Of a stretch of 59,083 nucleotides of DNA, positions 40,297-50,946 are shown piece by piece (positions within the stretch are counted from its first letter, which is position 1; each line of letters starts with the position of its first letter). Source of the DNA: an uncultured Clostridia bacterium (lineage in GTDB: Bacteria; Bacillota; Clostridia; Christensenellales; CAG-314); contig CANQGD010000005.1 in NCBI GenBank assembly GCA_947601445.1, positions 1 to 59,083 of the forward strand, given 5' to 3'. The position numbers were made by a program, and so were the translations under genes. The notes beneath the pieces are model-generated. The model did no database searches. It had not been told where the DNA came from and worked only from the letters and a program-made list of their open reading frames with translations.

Positions 40297-41424
40297 TCAA
40301 TCTTCCTTGACTTTTACGGACAATTCAACGGGAAAATCGCTCATCGGCTTGTCGGCGAGAGCTGCCGTCGTCCCCTGTTTTTGACGATATGCCTCGTGAA
40401 ATTTCAACAAATCAAAGTCATATTTTACCTGTTCGGCAAGAAATTTTTCGGCAACGTAACGCATTTGCTCGGCGACATCATCCAAAACCTCACGGGGAAT
40501 TTCTTTGTCGTTTTTTGCAGTGATCGGACCGCTCACTTCCTCGCTGTCCGTTCTGCCGTAGCGCACGGTTGCTTCTATTTCCGCCTTAAATCCGCCTTTT
40601 CCGTCCGGTTCCAGCTTGACGCTTTTTTCCGTCACCTGAACGGTACGCGTCACCGTATCTTGAAAGGACACAAACGTTTCGCCGTACACATCGGGAGAAA
40701 ACAACGACATACCCTTTACCGCCTGTTCGGAAAGCGTCGCAACATATTTGTTTGCGCGGAAAACGCAAATTTCACGATAGCTTATGAAACCCATTTCCTT
40801 GTCGGGAGAACTGCTGTCGGTATTTTGCGACGGTACAAAACGCACCCTGTTGAGAAAACCCGTGCAATGCAATTCGTTTTGACTGCGCGCAAACTCCAAA
40901 AGGCTGTTGTTTGCTACGGCAATTTTTTCCGCCTCATCCAAAAGCGCGGTCGCTATCGCCAAGGACATACTCTGTGCAAGCGCATTTCCCTTGTTAAACA
41001 ATTCCCGCGCGCTACCTTCGCAACAGCAAACAACCGCGCTTTCCTTGAAACTGTGGTGATTTATAAAATACTCCGTCAAATCGCCGAAATTTACTTTTTC
41101 GCAGTACTCCTGACCCAACACAAGTACAACACATTGTCCCAGCGAGGCTTCCTTACCCGTCACTTCGGCGACGTTTTGTATGGCAACGTTGATCGTTTCT
41201 CCCTTTACCGTGACAATTTTGCTGAAAGTTCCTACTTGTTCGGTGCCGTTGCCGGGAGACACTACTTCGGCAGTCATCACAACGCCTCCGTCGTCGGCGG
41301 CGTCTACCCCGATACCGAGTATTATCGCCCTGTCCAACACATTGCTCCCTTTGAAACTAACCGCAATCACCCCAATTGCAACAAAAAATAAAAGTACGGC
41401 GCCTATTCGCTTGAAATTACTCAC
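40297..41424 (-). CDS. Ger(x)C family spore germination protein
   Basis: GTG start at 41424 after GGAGG; RAIILGIGVD; third gene of the ger operon. Confidence 0.8.
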   Translation of the reverse strand: MSNFKRIGAVLLFFVAIGVIAVSFKGSNVLDRAIILGIGVDAADDGGVVMTAEVVSPGNGTEQVGTFSKIVTVKGETINVAIQNVAEVTGKEASLGQCVVLVLGQEYCEKVNFGDLTEYFINHHSFKESAVVCCCEGSARELFNKGNALAQSMSLAIATALLDEAEKIAVANNSLLEFARSQNELHCTGFLNRVRFVPSQNTDSSSPDKEMGFISYREICVFRANKYVATLSEQAVKGMSLFSPDVYGETFVSFQDTVTRTVQVTEKSVKLEPDGKGGFKAEIEATVRYGRTDSEEVSGPITAKNDKEIPREVLDDVAEQMRYVAEKFLAEQVKYDFDLLKFHEAYRQKQGTTAALADKPMSDFPVELSVKVKED

Positions 41425-42520
41425 CCGACACCTCCGTTTTTCTTTGCGCAACTTTCGTAAGCAGCGGCATCAACAACGGCAAAACATACTGCACCAAAGT
41501 GAAAGGAATTACACCCCACTTGACGACAGTATCCAACAACGCGTCGGTAGATACAAACATCGGCAGCGACAGCGTCAACAACACAACGGACGCCGCTATC
41601 CAATTGAATTTGACAAAACGCTTGCCTACAAACTTTTCGATACATTTGTACGCGCAAAAAATAAATATAACCACTTTGATAAATACGCTCACCAACCAAA
41701 TGGACAAAGTCAGCCAATCCCACCTGCCGTTGGTAGTACTTGCCGCGGAAAACACGCCGATCTTGCTCATTGCCATATCGAATTGCGGCGCGAGATAACC
41801 GAACAGCGACACAAACACCGCATTGAGAAGAATGGACAACAACGCTCCCACACCGAAAGAAATCAGCATAGGCGCAAATACGCGCTTTTTGATTTTTATT
41901 CCGTCCAATACGAAGTATATGAAAATGTAGTCGGAAAACCAAAAACTTCTCGTATACGACGTTAGTAAAATTTTTCCCCAGCCGGCTTCTCCCACGGGCA
42001 ACAGCGCGCCGAATTCCGCCTCTCGCAAAGGAGAGATAAAGAGGGCGACAACCGCAATCAAAATAAGCGCAAACAGCAGTTGACCTGTACGAGCAACGGC
42101 GTTAAAGCCCTTTACTGTGGCAAAAAAAGCGAGTGCGGCAACAGGCAGAACATAAACGATCCAATTTGTCGACACATCGAAGGTGACGGAAAACATTTTA
42201 TAACACGAACTGAGCAATATATTTGTGCGCAATACAAATATCACAAAAAATATCGCCAACAACAATTTGGAGACGGGTTTAGACAGACTTTTGTCGAGAA
42301 TAGACGAAATGTCCAAGCGAGACGCATTGTTCAATTTGATCGCCCACAACAAAAAACACAGACATATCCCGTCCCACACAAAGCCGAATGTTACGGCAAG
42401 CCAACTGTCATGTCCGACGTCCCCCGCAAGCAACGACGGCAATGTTAAAAACTTACCGCCCATAACAATCAGCAGATAAAGCAGCGCAAGTTGATCCACG
42501 CTGACTCTGTTTTTATCCAT
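41417..42520 (-). CDS. GerAB/GerKB family spore germination permease
   Basis: Polytopic; LPSLLA...DSWLA and RWDWL motifs; overlaps both neighbours. Confidence 0.85.
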   Translation of the reverse strand: MDKNRVSVDQLALLYLLIVMGGKFLTLPSLLAGDVGHDSWLAVTFGFVWDGICLCFLLWAIKLNNASRLDISSILDKSLSKPVSKLLLAIFFVIFVLRTNILLSSCYKMFSVTFDVSTNWIVYVLPVAALAFFATVKGFNAVARTGQLLFALILIAVVALFISPLREAEFGALLPVGEAGWGKILLTSYTRSFWFSDYIFIYFVLDGIKIKKRVFAPMLISFGVGALLSILLNAVFVSLFGYLAPQFDMAMSKIGVFSAASTTNGRWDWLTLSIWLVSVFIKVVIFIFCAYKCIEKFVGKRFVKFNWIAASVVLLTLSLPMFVSTDALLDTVVKWGVIPFTLVQYVLPLLMPLLTKVAQRKTEVSGE

Positions 42521-43929
42521 CAGCCCCTCCTGTTATCGTTTTCGTTCGGAATCGATTTGGGACGTTTTTTCATATTGGGTACGGGAATTTGCGCTACCGC
42601 GTCCTGCCTATCCTCCGGTATGTCGGGGGCAAAAGGCGCAAGAAACGGCGTTTTGTAATCCTGCATGGACGCGAGATAAACGATGATCGTCAACGTTGAA
42701 ACAATGACGCCCAACAACCCCATTACTCCGCCTACAAACGTTACCGCAAGTCTCAAAAGGGACAAAATAAGAGTATTGTCCGGCATTGTAAACAAACCTA
42801 TACCCGAAAGCGCGCCTATCATTACTGCGGGCGCACCTAAAAGTCCCGCTTGCACCGCCGCGTCGCCAAGCACGATTGCGCCGACAAGAGAAAGAGAAAT
42901 GCCCACGGCGCTCGGCATACGCAAGTTTGCTTCGCGCAATATATCGAAAACAATCAAAACCAATATCATTTCCGTAAGTGGGCTGAACGGTATAGCTTCG
43001 CTGGCGTTTAATACCGTTATCAAAAATCGCAACGGAATTATTTGATAGTTATACACCTGCAAACACACATACAGTGCGGGCAACAACACCGAGGCAATAA
43101 CGCTCACAAAACGCAAACTGCGAGACAGCGTGGTCATCGTGGAATTTTCATAGTAGTCTCCCGGCGACTGCATATCCTCCACAAACAGATACGGCAACGT
43201 CAGCACCATAGGGCTTCCGTCGGATATTACCGCGATACGCCCTTCCAACATTTTGCCCACCGCAATATCCGGTTTTTCGGTACTGCCGACACGTCTGAAC
43301 AAAAACGTTTTGTTTACGTCCAAATATCGCGCCAGATAACTGCTGTCCAACACACCGTCGGTCTTTACGGATTCCAGGCGTTGCACAATATCATCCACTA
43401 TGCGTTTGTCCGCTATTCCCTCGATGTAACATACGGAAACGGCGGTATTTGTGTATTTGCCCACCGCCAAATTTATTATCTTAAAATTCGGAGTTTTGAG
43501 CCGTTTGCGCAAAAGAGTTATGTTGACCTTTATATCCTCCACAAAGCCCTCGCGCGGTCCGCGCATAACCATTGAAGTAGGCGGTTCCGCAACGGACCTT
43601 CCGACCGCAGTACGCGTATCCACGGCGATACAATTGTCTTTTTCGTCAAAAACAAGAGTATAACCGTTGGTGAAATCTTCTATTGCGGCAAAAAAGTTGG
43701 GCGGACGGCGCACGCCCGTACTCGCAGCAAGTTTTTGTTCTATTTCGTCGATATTTTTGGCTTCGGTGATGTAAGCAAGCGGTTGCAGCACGAAATCGGA
43801 CACTTTAACGCCGTCGCACATCGTATCCAAACATACGGCGTTGAGCGTTATGCCGCAGACAATTTTTCGCACGCGAAAATCATCTTGCCCCTGCCACAGC
43901 TTTTGAAATTTATCGAAGGAAATTTTCAT
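42520..43929 (-). CDS. GerA family spore germination protein
   Basis: EPPTS...RGPREGFVE, TEKPD, LEGRIA, EANLRMP and GAIVLGDAAV motifs. Confidence 0.93.
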   Translation of the reverse strand: MKISFDKFQKLWQGQDDFRVRKIVCGITLNAVCLDTMCDGVKVSDFVLQPLAYITEAKNIDEIEQKLAASTGVRRPPNFFAAIEDFTNGYTLVFDEKDNCIAVDTRTAVGRSVAEPPTSMVMRGPREGFVEDIKVNITLLRKRLKTPNFKIINLAVGKYTNTAVSVCYIEGIADKRIVDDIVQRLESVKTDGVLDSSYLARYLDVNKTFLFRRVGSTEKPDIAVGKMLEGRIAVISDGSPMVLTLPYLFVEDMQSPGDYYENSTMTTLSRSLRFVSVIASVLLPALYVCLQVYNYQIIPLRFLITVLNASEAIPFSPLTEMILVLIVFDILREANLRMPSAVGISLSLVGAIVLGDAAVQAGLLGAPAVMIGALSGIGLFTMPDNTLILSLLRLAVTFVGGVMGLLGVIVSTLTIIVYLASMQDYKTPFLAPFAPDIPEDRQDAVAQIPVPNMKKRPKSIPNENDNRRG

Positions 43930-43935
43930 ATATCT

Positions 43936-43965
43936 GATTTTTGCTCAGATAACGAAGAAATATAC
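43936..43965 (-). promoter_or_regulatory. Possible forespore sigmaF/sigmaG-type promoter of the ger operon
   Basis: GTATA-15-AGCAAAAATC resembles the sigmaF consensus GYATA-15-GGnrAnAnT. Confidence 0.35.
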
Positions 43966-44082
43966 TTTTCATTGCGCAATACCCGTCGTAATTTTTATCC
44001 GATACATCAAAATAACATATAAAAAAGCGCCGAATCGCAATCCGACGCCGAGAAAATTATATTTTTTTTTCGGTATATTTAA

Positions 44083-44946
44083 TTAAATAACCACACCGTA
44101 CATTTGATCGAGGGAAACATCGCCCAAATCGCCGCGACTGTCGGCAGAATCCGATCTGTTGTCTCCCATGGCAAAAAAGCACCCTTCCTTGACAACATAG
44201 GGATATTCCTGCGACGTATAGGCAAGACGACCCAATCCGACGCCCATTACCGACAAATCGAACGCTTGAACGTCGAGAACCTGTTCGCCCTCTTCGGCGG
44301 CATGTTTTTTCCCGTAATGGTCTTCGTAGAGAATTTCTCCTTGCGGGGTTTGTATCACAAGACGGTAATTGCCGTTTTCTTTTTGCTCTAACCAAATTTT
44401 GTCGCCGCCGAGAGCAACAATTCGCTTGATGAGCTTTTCGTACTTGCCCCCTATACCGGACTCCGAGCGGGCAAAGAGCGCTTTGAGTTTGCTGTCAACA
44501 CGAAATTTGTAAAATACTGCCACGTCGCCTCTTTGAGGCTTCGCCGTCTTGTTTACATGCACGACATCGCCGCTGTGATACGTAAGTTTCGGGTCATATC
44601 CTGCGGAACTTAAATCATTATAATAAAATGCCGTCATGGATTCACCGCTAATGGTAATCTTTCCGAACACGAAAGCGCGCAAAATTACCGCCAATGCAAG
44701 CACTGCCACAAGAACCCACAAAACAATATCCAATACGCGGCCGAACCTGCTGCGCGGCGTTTGTTGTATTTGCTCGGTTCCTGCGGGGACGTCGTTTTGA
44801 ACATCGGAGGCGTTTTCGGAAATTACGGCGTTTTCATGAGATATTTCCGTTTCCCGTTGTTCGCAGCGCTCTTCACAAGAAGCCTTCTCAACAGAGTCGG
44901 CTTCATCGGAGAGTTTATCGAGTTGTTTGTCGTTGTCACTTTGCAT
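44083..44946 (-). CDS. lepB: Signal peptidase I with acidic N-terminal extension
   Basis: TM helix; SGESM (catalytic Ser), LIKRI (catalytic Lys) and GDNR..S.DSR motifs. Confidence 0.9.
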   Translation of the reverse strand: MQSDNDKQLDKLSDEADSVEKASCEERCEQRETEISHENAVISENASDVQNDVPAGTEQIQQTPRSRFGRVLDIVLWVLVAVLALAVILRAFVFGKITISGESMTAFYYNDLSSAGYDPKLTYHSGDVVHVNKTAKPQRGDVAVFYKFRVDSKLKALFARSESGIGGKYEKLIKRIVALGGDKIWLEQKENGNYRLVIQTPQGEILYEDHYGKKHAAEEGEQVLDVQAFDLSVMGVGLGRLAYTSQEYPYVVKEGCFFAMGDNRSDSADSRGDLGDVSLDQMYGVVI

Positions 44947-45112
44947 TTTGAACTACCTTGTGAAATTTCTCGCCGGACAGCATCACAACGCGACCGCATT
45001 TGACGCATTTTATTTTGTAATCCGCGCCCGTTCGCACCACCGTCCACTGTTTGCAGCCGCACGCGTGCGGTTTGCGCGTCGTTACAGTGTCTCCAACATC
45101 GAAAGTCGTCAT
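44936..45112 (-). CDS. DUF951 (YyzM-like) small zinc-ribbon protein, 58 aa
   Basis: Below the ORF-track length cut-off. Manual translation [58 protein letters not shown]; overlaps both neighbours. Confidence 0.88.
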   Translation of the reverse strand: MTTFDVGDTVTTRKPHACGCKQWTVVRTGADYKIKCVKCGRVVMLSGEKFHKVVQNAK

Positions 45113-46749
45113 ACCAAGAAAATGTTATTTACCAAAAATTCATTATCGGCGACAATAGCCAACATTTCCACCTTTTCGGAATCCGGCAGTTGTTTGCCGT
45201 CGTCATCGCGATGAAAGTTGACCTTGTCAAACGTGACGTGTTCCCACTTGCCGTTTCCCGCCAATTGAACTCGCTGACTGTACTGTTGGTTGTCCGAACC
45301 GAATTTTGTGATTGCCACCAATCTTATTTGCTGTCGTATGTTGCAACACACATCGAAAACGACCGTAAACGCCTGGTTTATACGTATACTTTTGTCGTTT
45401 ATGGCAAAAGTTGCAAGCGCTTTGCCTTTGGCTCCCAATATGTTCAGATAACCTTTGTCAAGCTGCGGTTCGAGGTCTACATTCCACCAACGAAGATCGG
45501 TCGACAACGGTACAAGCGTTTGTTTTCCCGTTCCGCTGAAAATAATATTTAGCGATTTCGTTATGTTTGTCGCCATCACTTTTTCGGTAAACACCAAAGT
45601 GGAATAAGAAACCTCATCATCAAATGTAGCAAAGCCGGCTATCGTACATTCCTTTTCGTACAAGTTCAATTTTGCCACATATCCGTCGGAAGAACGAGTC
45701 AATGTTGCCTTCGTCCAATGCTTGGCGCGTGCATCCGCATCGGTGCAATACCAAAGAGACGTCTTTTCGATCGGGACATCCGTCTTTACGGACAAACAAT
45801 AATCGCCCCTTTCGTTACGGAAAGATTTTATTTCCGTCTTCGACTTGGCAACATAACCGTTCAGCCATTCCAAAACGCCGTCTACATAACGTTTGGGAAG
45901 ATAATCCATAGACGTAGGCAATATCAACAGCCGACTTTCGGAATTCATACGCAACATTGTCTTGCCTGTTTGGAGAATATCCACAAAAGGACTGTTTGCG
46001 GAGTTAATTACATATACGGGCACTTTGATTTGTTGCGCGTATGTTTGCGGCGCAAGCCCCAACGTCCATTGCTGACGACGCGTATCGTAGGCTATATGCC
46101 GTTCCAATTCATCCTTGCCCGCGTCCAAAACGTTTTCGTCTCTACTGATAACGGGAAAATTGCGATACAGATTGCCAAATAAAATTGCCCCGTTGGCTAC
46201 GCGATTTTCCACACCCAGCACAATAATACCCACATATACACCCTTCCCGGCGGTAAGCACCGACACCTGAGACACGCGCTCTTCGTTCAAAAGATACGTT
46301 ATTGCTCTGCGGCAGGATACTGTATATTCGTACAACTTTGTTTCGCGCGCCGTTTCGGAAATTTCAAACATCGACAAAGCGTTTTCATTGTTGCAATAGA
46401 GTATTTCTTCGGGATATATGGTGTGCAGTCCCTTTGTACGTTTGCCGCACAAATCCACAGACATCGCCACAAAACCGCGCGAGGCCAAATCTTTCAGCGT
46501 ATCCTCTTCTATCGGATGCGAATAGTTGCTCACTACCAGCACGGCAGGCTTGTCCAAAGCGCTTTTTTTGTAACAAAGCGTACCGAACACACGCGTTTTT
46601 GCGCCGCTCGGCAGCGTTCTTCCCGTAAAATACAGCGTTTTGGTCACTATTCCGCCCTGTTCTGTCTGTTTTATCGGGTCAATGTCAAGTTGTTCCGCCG
46701 TAGGATCGAAACTTTCCCACAGAGTTTGTGATGTCAGTACGTTTTCCAT
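45109..46749 (-). CDS. Alpha/beta-hydrolase-fold protein with a C-terminal beta-rich domain; nucleophile motif absent
   Basis: [25 protein letters not shown] and IKVPVY layout; start set at ATG 46749. Confidence 0.6.
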   Translation of the reverse strand: MENVLTSQTLWESFDPTAEQLDIDPIKQTEQGGIVTKTLYFTGRTLPSGAKTRVFGTLCYKKSALDKPAVLVVSNYSHPIEEDTLKDLASRGFVAMSVDLCGKRTKGLHTIYPEEILYCNNENALSMFEISETARETKLYEYTVSCRRAITYLLNEERVSQVSVLTAGKGVYVGIIVLGVENRVANGAILFGNLYRNFPVISRDENVLDAGKDELERHIAYDTRRQQWTLGLAPQTYAQQIKVPVYVINSANSPFVDILQTGKTMLRMNSESRLLILPTSMDYLPKRYVDGVLEWLNGYVAKSKTEIKSFRNERGDYCLSVKTDVPIEKTSLWYCTDADARAKHWTKATLTRSSDGYVAKLNLYEKECTIAGFATFDDEVSYSTLVFTEKVMATNITKSLNIIFSGTGKQTLVPLSTDLRWWNVDLEPQLDKGYLNILGAKGKALATFAINDKSIRINQAFTVVFDVCCNIRQQIRLVAITKFGSDNQQYSQRVQLAGNGKWEHVTFDKVNFHRDDDGKQLPDSEKVEMLAIVADNEFLVNNIFLV

Positions 46750-46802
46750 AATTTCACCGCATTTATTGTAGCACAAATATCGATTTTGTCAAATATATAC
46801 AA

Positions 46803-47273
46803 TCACTTGTGATAGGATACGTTGTTTTCGATACAGCACGCTCGGTACAGTTGTTCGCAAAGTATCAAACGAAACAATTGATGCGGCAACGTTATCTTTC
46901 CGAAAGACATTCGCGTATCCGCTCGCGACTTGACCGCGTCCGACAAACCGTTGCTGCCGCCTATAACAAACGTAATTACGGAAAAACGTTGCTTTTGCCG
47001 TACAATCAGCGACGACAGCTGCTCGCTGGATACAAGTTCGCCGTCAATATCCATTGCAACGACGTATCCCTCCGTTTTGGAAAGAATAGCTTCGCCTTCG
47101 GTGTTTTTTACGCGTTCTATCTCCGCCTCTCTTTGCACACCGCGACTCAGACATTCGTCAACTTCCACAATTTCCAATTTGCAAAAACGACAAATACGTT
47201 TGGCGTATTCGGCGATGGCGTCGCGCAGATATTGCTCCTTTATTTTTCCGACTGCAATAATTTTCAGTTTCAT
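46803..47273 (-). CDS. rlmH: 23S rRNA pseudouridine-1915 N3-methyltransferase
   Basis: AVGKIKE, FVIGGSNG, TLPHQLFR, EQLYRA and YHK motifs. Confidence 0.96.
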   Translation of the reverse strand: MKLKIIAVGKIKEQYLRDAIAEYAKRICRFCKLEIVEVDECLSRGVQREAEIERVKNTEGEAILSKTEGYVVAMDIDGELVSSEQLSSLIVRQKQRFSVITFVIGGSNGLSDAVKSRADTRMSFGKITLPHQLFRLILCEQLYRACCIENNVSYHK

Positions 47274-48157
47274 ACAAATAATTTCATTATCCAAAGCACA
47301 ATGCAAACAGCGACGGCGGCAATCAAAACGCCCAAAGAAAGACTGTCTTTTTCATCGTCGGCATTTTCCGTTTGCCATGCGCTTTTGGTGGTTTTAATAT
47401 AACCGAATACGCAAAGGCAAAAACCCGCCAATCCCGCGAACATTATGCCAAGTACCGCACCCGTGTTTGTTTTTACGTTCCAAAACGCGTCGTTTCCCAA
47501 CGGGGTGCCGTTCAGTGCGACCACCAACGCGTTGTTAAAAAGATGCGCGGCGATACAGGTCCACAAACTGCCGCTGCGAAACAGCAACAGCGTCAAAAAG
47601 GCTCCGAGCACAAATTGATGGATAGTTTGCGCCGGATTTACATGAAATACTGAGAACAATGCTCCCGACAAGGCAAGCGCTGCCGCTTTGCTACGCATAT
47701 TCCTTGCAGACTGTGCAACCGTTCCTCGGAAAACGATTTCCTCGCAAATCGCTGGGAGAAACGCCGCGACAACAATCAGTCCCGCAAGATTATCGTCAAG
47801 TTCTACTTCCGGGCGTTTGAGCCCCATTGCTTCAATTGCATCCAACAACATCGAATTTAGCGGCATCATTCCGAAAATAAGGCAAACGATTGCCAAAAAT
47901 CCCCACCCCATATGCGCAAAACTCGGTTTGACGTTGAGTTTGGTTGCCGCAATCGGGTTTGTCTTTGTAATGGCGGCATACACAAACGCAGAACCGCCTA
48001 TGCACAAAGTATACAACGCCTGCATCAGCCAAAACTTCCAACCTTCGGGATTTTCGCCGAAAATAAGAGACAGCGCAAAACTCGCCGTCAACATAATTGT
48101 CACGACAAATCCGAAAGAAAACCCAATATCTCGCTTTTTGTAGCTTAATCTAAGCAA
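47270..48157 (-). CDS. CPBP family intramembrane glutamic endopeptidase
   Basis: EEIVFRG, FSVFH and AHLFNN motifs. Confidence 0.9.
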   Translation of the reverse strand: MLRLSYKKRDIGFSFGFVVTIMLTASFALSLIFGENPEGWKFWLMQALYTLCIGGSAFVYAAITKTNPIAATKLNVKPSFAHMGWGFLAIVCLIFGMMPLNSMLLDAIEAMGLKRPEVELDDNLAGLIVVAAFLPAICEEIVFRGTVAQSARNMRSKAAALALSGALFSVFHVNPAQTIHQFVLGAFLTLLLFRSGSLWTCIAAHLFNNALVVALNGTPLGNDAFWNVKTNTGAVLGIMFAGLAGFCLCVFGYIKTTKSAWQTENADDEKDSLSLGVLIAAVAVCIVLWIMKLFV

Positions 48158-48924
48158 ACCGTCACCTCATTGCTGTATTGATCGGCAACATATATCATCA
48201 CATCGCGACCTTCCGTTATTCCGCAAGAAGCGTATGCCGCCACGGCGGAATTAAAGGCAATTTCCTTGGTGTTGTTATTTTCGGAAAGATGTGCAAGCAC
48301 CACTGTTTTTACGGATGTGTGAGCAAGTTGTTTCAGTATTTCCGACGTTTGAGCGTTGGAAAGATGTCCGCGCTCGGACAAAATGCGTCGTTTGAGAGAA
48401 TAGTTGTATTCGCCGCGCAGGAGCATATCTTCGTCGTGATTGCTTTCCAGCATAATCGCGCGACAATCGCCGAGGAAATCAATCAAATCTTGGGAATAAC
48501 ACCCCGTATCCGTTACGCAAGCGAAGCGGCTGCCGCCGCACACAAATTTATATCCGAAACAGCAGACTGCGTCATGCGAACAAATATAACGCGAAACGTC
48601 AATATCCCCTACTTGAAAACTTTCCTTTATTTCCGACACATCGGAAAAGTACACGCGCTGCCGTATCAAATCGGCGATATTCTCCGGCGCGTATATGCGG
48701 GTGGCGGTTTTACGAGTCCACATCGGCAAAGCCGCAATATGGTCGGCGTGTTCATGCGTTATCACGATAGCGGAAATATCCTTCGGTTCAAGACCGCGAT
48801 TTTCAAGCGCATTCAGTATCGCACGGTAAGAATATCCCGCGTCCAACAAAATGTTGACGCTTTCGCTTTGAATAAGTGTACAATTTCCCTTGCTGCCGCT
48901 GAATAACGGCGAAATTTTCAACAT
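48145..48924 (-). CDS. MBL-fold metallo-hydrolase, YycJ/WalJ family
   Basis: SGSKGN, THEHADH, HDA, TDTG, ESNHD, GHLSN and HLSENNN motifs. Confidence 0.9.
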   Translation of the reverse strand: MLKISPLFSGSKGNCTLIQSESVNILLDAGYSYRAILNALENRGLEPKDISAIVITHEHADHIAALPMWTRKTATRIYAPENIADLIRQRVYFSDVSEIKESFQVGDIDVSRYICSHDAVCCFGYKFVCGGSRFACVTDTGCYSQDLIDFLGDCRAIMLESNHDEDMLLRGEYNYSLKRRILSERGHLSNAQTSEILKQLAHTSVKTVVLAHLSENNNTKEIAFNSAVAAYASCGITEGRDVMIYVADQYSNEVTVCLD

Positions 48925-49078
48925 TGATTTTTTTCCTTGACGTAATGTAATCATTATATCACACCGCAACGAAATCGACAACAATTATCCGCGCACAACA
49001 ACTAACGCTTAGCCTGATTACCGATTGTAAAAAGAACCGCCGCGGTATTGTTGCGACGGTTCTTGAATGAAAATTATT

Positions 49079-50911
49079 TTACTTGCGGTCTTCCTCGGTT
49101 ACGTCGATTGTCCCGTCGGAGACTTTTTCTTGCGACTCGGACAATGTTTCGGGAACTTGTTGCGCTTGTTCATCATACTCCGTATCATTTTGTTGAACGG
49201 TTATTTCGGGAAGTTTGTCTACATTTTCTCCGAGAGCGCCAAGCAACTCCTTGCGCTCGGCTTGCCACTCTTCGCTGTTTTTGTCACTGCGGCGGTTGAG
49301 TTCCACAATTTGCTTTTGCAGCTTGCTTGTAAGTTTGTAACGGGAAGATATGAATATTCCCAAACCGACAACTATTATCGGCAACAAGACAAAAGTAAGC
49401 AAAATCGCAATTTGCGCGCTCTGCGGTTGTTGAAGCGGCATAAGTTGCACAACGTCGTTGCCCACAGTGTACTGCCACCACAACAACGAATTTTTACCCA
49501 TTTGGAAAAATCCTTCTTTGGAGTTATTGACAAAACTTTCCGCAATGTTTCCGTAATCGGCGAGATGTTCCGTAAAATCTTCCAGCGCCACGTAATCCGT
49601 TTCTACATAACCTGCCAAACCGATAATCAACGGCGGAATTGCAAGACCGACTGCCTGTGCCGTTGTGTTGAGGAAGTTGTTAAGTCCGGAGAAGTTGCCC
49701 TCGGTACGTTCGCCGAAATACAGCTCGCCCACATCGCACACGTCGCCGAACGCGCTGTGAGGAACAAATACCGTGCCGCCGATACCCAAACCGAGAAGCA
49801 ATCCGAATCCTATCAGAAGCCAATCGGGCGCACCCAAACTGATTTTTACACTGCCGTTACTTACAGTAGGCGTGCCGCTTTCACCGGGCAGAAAGATCAT
49901 AAACATCGCCACCACGATCCAAACGATCGCACCCGTGATATAGGCAAAACGTTTGGACTTTTTCTTTATTATTCTCAGATAAACGGGCAAAGCAATTATT
50001 TGAGCCAAAAACATTGCCGCAGCGGCAACCGTGGCTATCGGGAAACGCGATGTCGCGCCTTCCAAACCCATACTTACCCACAGATATGATTGACTGCGGA
50101 GATAAAAGTCGCACAACGTGAAGAAAAAGCTGCTCATAACCGCCATTCCGAAACTGGCGCACATCTGCATGCCGAGATGACGGCGATAGGTTGCCATTTT
50201 GAGAGGGCGAACAAAATCTTTGATGTCAAATTTGGATTTGACGGCGGGAGTGACCACTTGCTCGTGACTGAACAATGCCGTGACAAGCGCCGAAAGCATA
50301 AATATTCCGCCGAAGGTTGCCGCCATGATTATGTAGGAAGTCGGGCCCTTTTCGGGAGAGGCAATCATTCCCGGAACGGCAACGCAAATAAGGCTGGACA
50401 TAATGGAAAATGCCAATCTTACCGCATTTGTACGATTGCGTTCGGCAAAATCGTCCGTCATTTCGCTGGCATGCGAATAGTAGGGGATGAGCACAAAGCT
50501 TTGCGCCGTGGCATATATCATATACACAAATACCACAAGCAGACATTTTGCCCACACTTGTGTGGTAACAAGGTTCCAAGGGAAGAACAACAAAACAAAT
50601 CCCGCCAACACCACAGGTGCAAATATAAGCATAAAGAACCGTCGTTTGCCGAACTTGCAGGGGCGTTTGGCGTCGGTGATCTTGCCGATAAACGGGTCGA
50701 TAATGCCGTCCCAGATTTTTGTAAGCAGCAGTATCGGAGTAAGATATATCATCGGGATACCGACTACTAACGTCAAAAACGGCGTAAACAAAAAGTTGAT
50801 AATGTTGAAACTTCCGCCCCCGAATATATCGCCGCAGGCAAACGCAAGTTTGTTGCCGAGACTGACCTTGCCGGGAGCAAGGGTCTTTCTTTTCTTTGCT
50901 TTTTCAGTCAT
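49079..50911 (-). CDS. MFS transporter, glycoside-pentoside-hexuronide (MelB-like) family
   Basis: WDGIIDPFIG, FGKRR, PYYS...EMT...ER and GERTEG motifs. Confidence 0.88.
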   Translation of the reverse strand: MTEKAKKRKTLAPGKVSLGNKLAFACGDIFGGGSFNIINFLFTPFLTLVVGIPMIYLTPILLLTKIWDGIIDPFIGKITDAKRPCKFGKRRFFMLIFAPVVLAGFVLLFFPWNLVTTQVWAKCLLVVFVYMIYATAQSFVLIPYYSHASEMTDDFAERNRTNAVRLAFSIMSSLICVAVPGMIASPEKGPTSYIIMAATFGGIFMLSALVTALFSHEQVVTPAVKSKFDIKDFVRPLKMATYRRHLGMQMCASFGMAVMSSFFFTLCDFYLRSQSYLWVSMGLEGATSRFPIATVAAAAMFLAQIIALPVYLRIIKKKSKRFAYITGAIVWIVVAMFMIFLPGESGTPTVSNGSVKISLGAPDWLLIGFGLLLGLGIGGTVFVPHSAFGDVCDVGELYFGERTEGNFSGLNNFLNTTAQAVGLAIPPLIIGLAGYVETDYVALEDFTEHLADYGNIAESFVNNSKEGFFQMGKNSLLWWQYTVGNDVVQLMPLQQPQSAQIAILLTFVLLPIIVVGLGIFISSRYKLTSKLQKQIVELNRRSDKNSEEWQAERKELLGALGENVDKLPEITVQQNDTEYDEQAQQVPETLSESQEKVSDGTIDVTEEDRK

Positions 50912-50946
50912 AAAATTCTCCCGTACGGATAGTTTAATAAAACCTG

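Noticed and set aside
47270-48157. CPBP/'Abi' protein as a phage-defence gene
   Set aside because: The Abi label for this family is historical, and the context is housekeeping (yycJ-rlmH).
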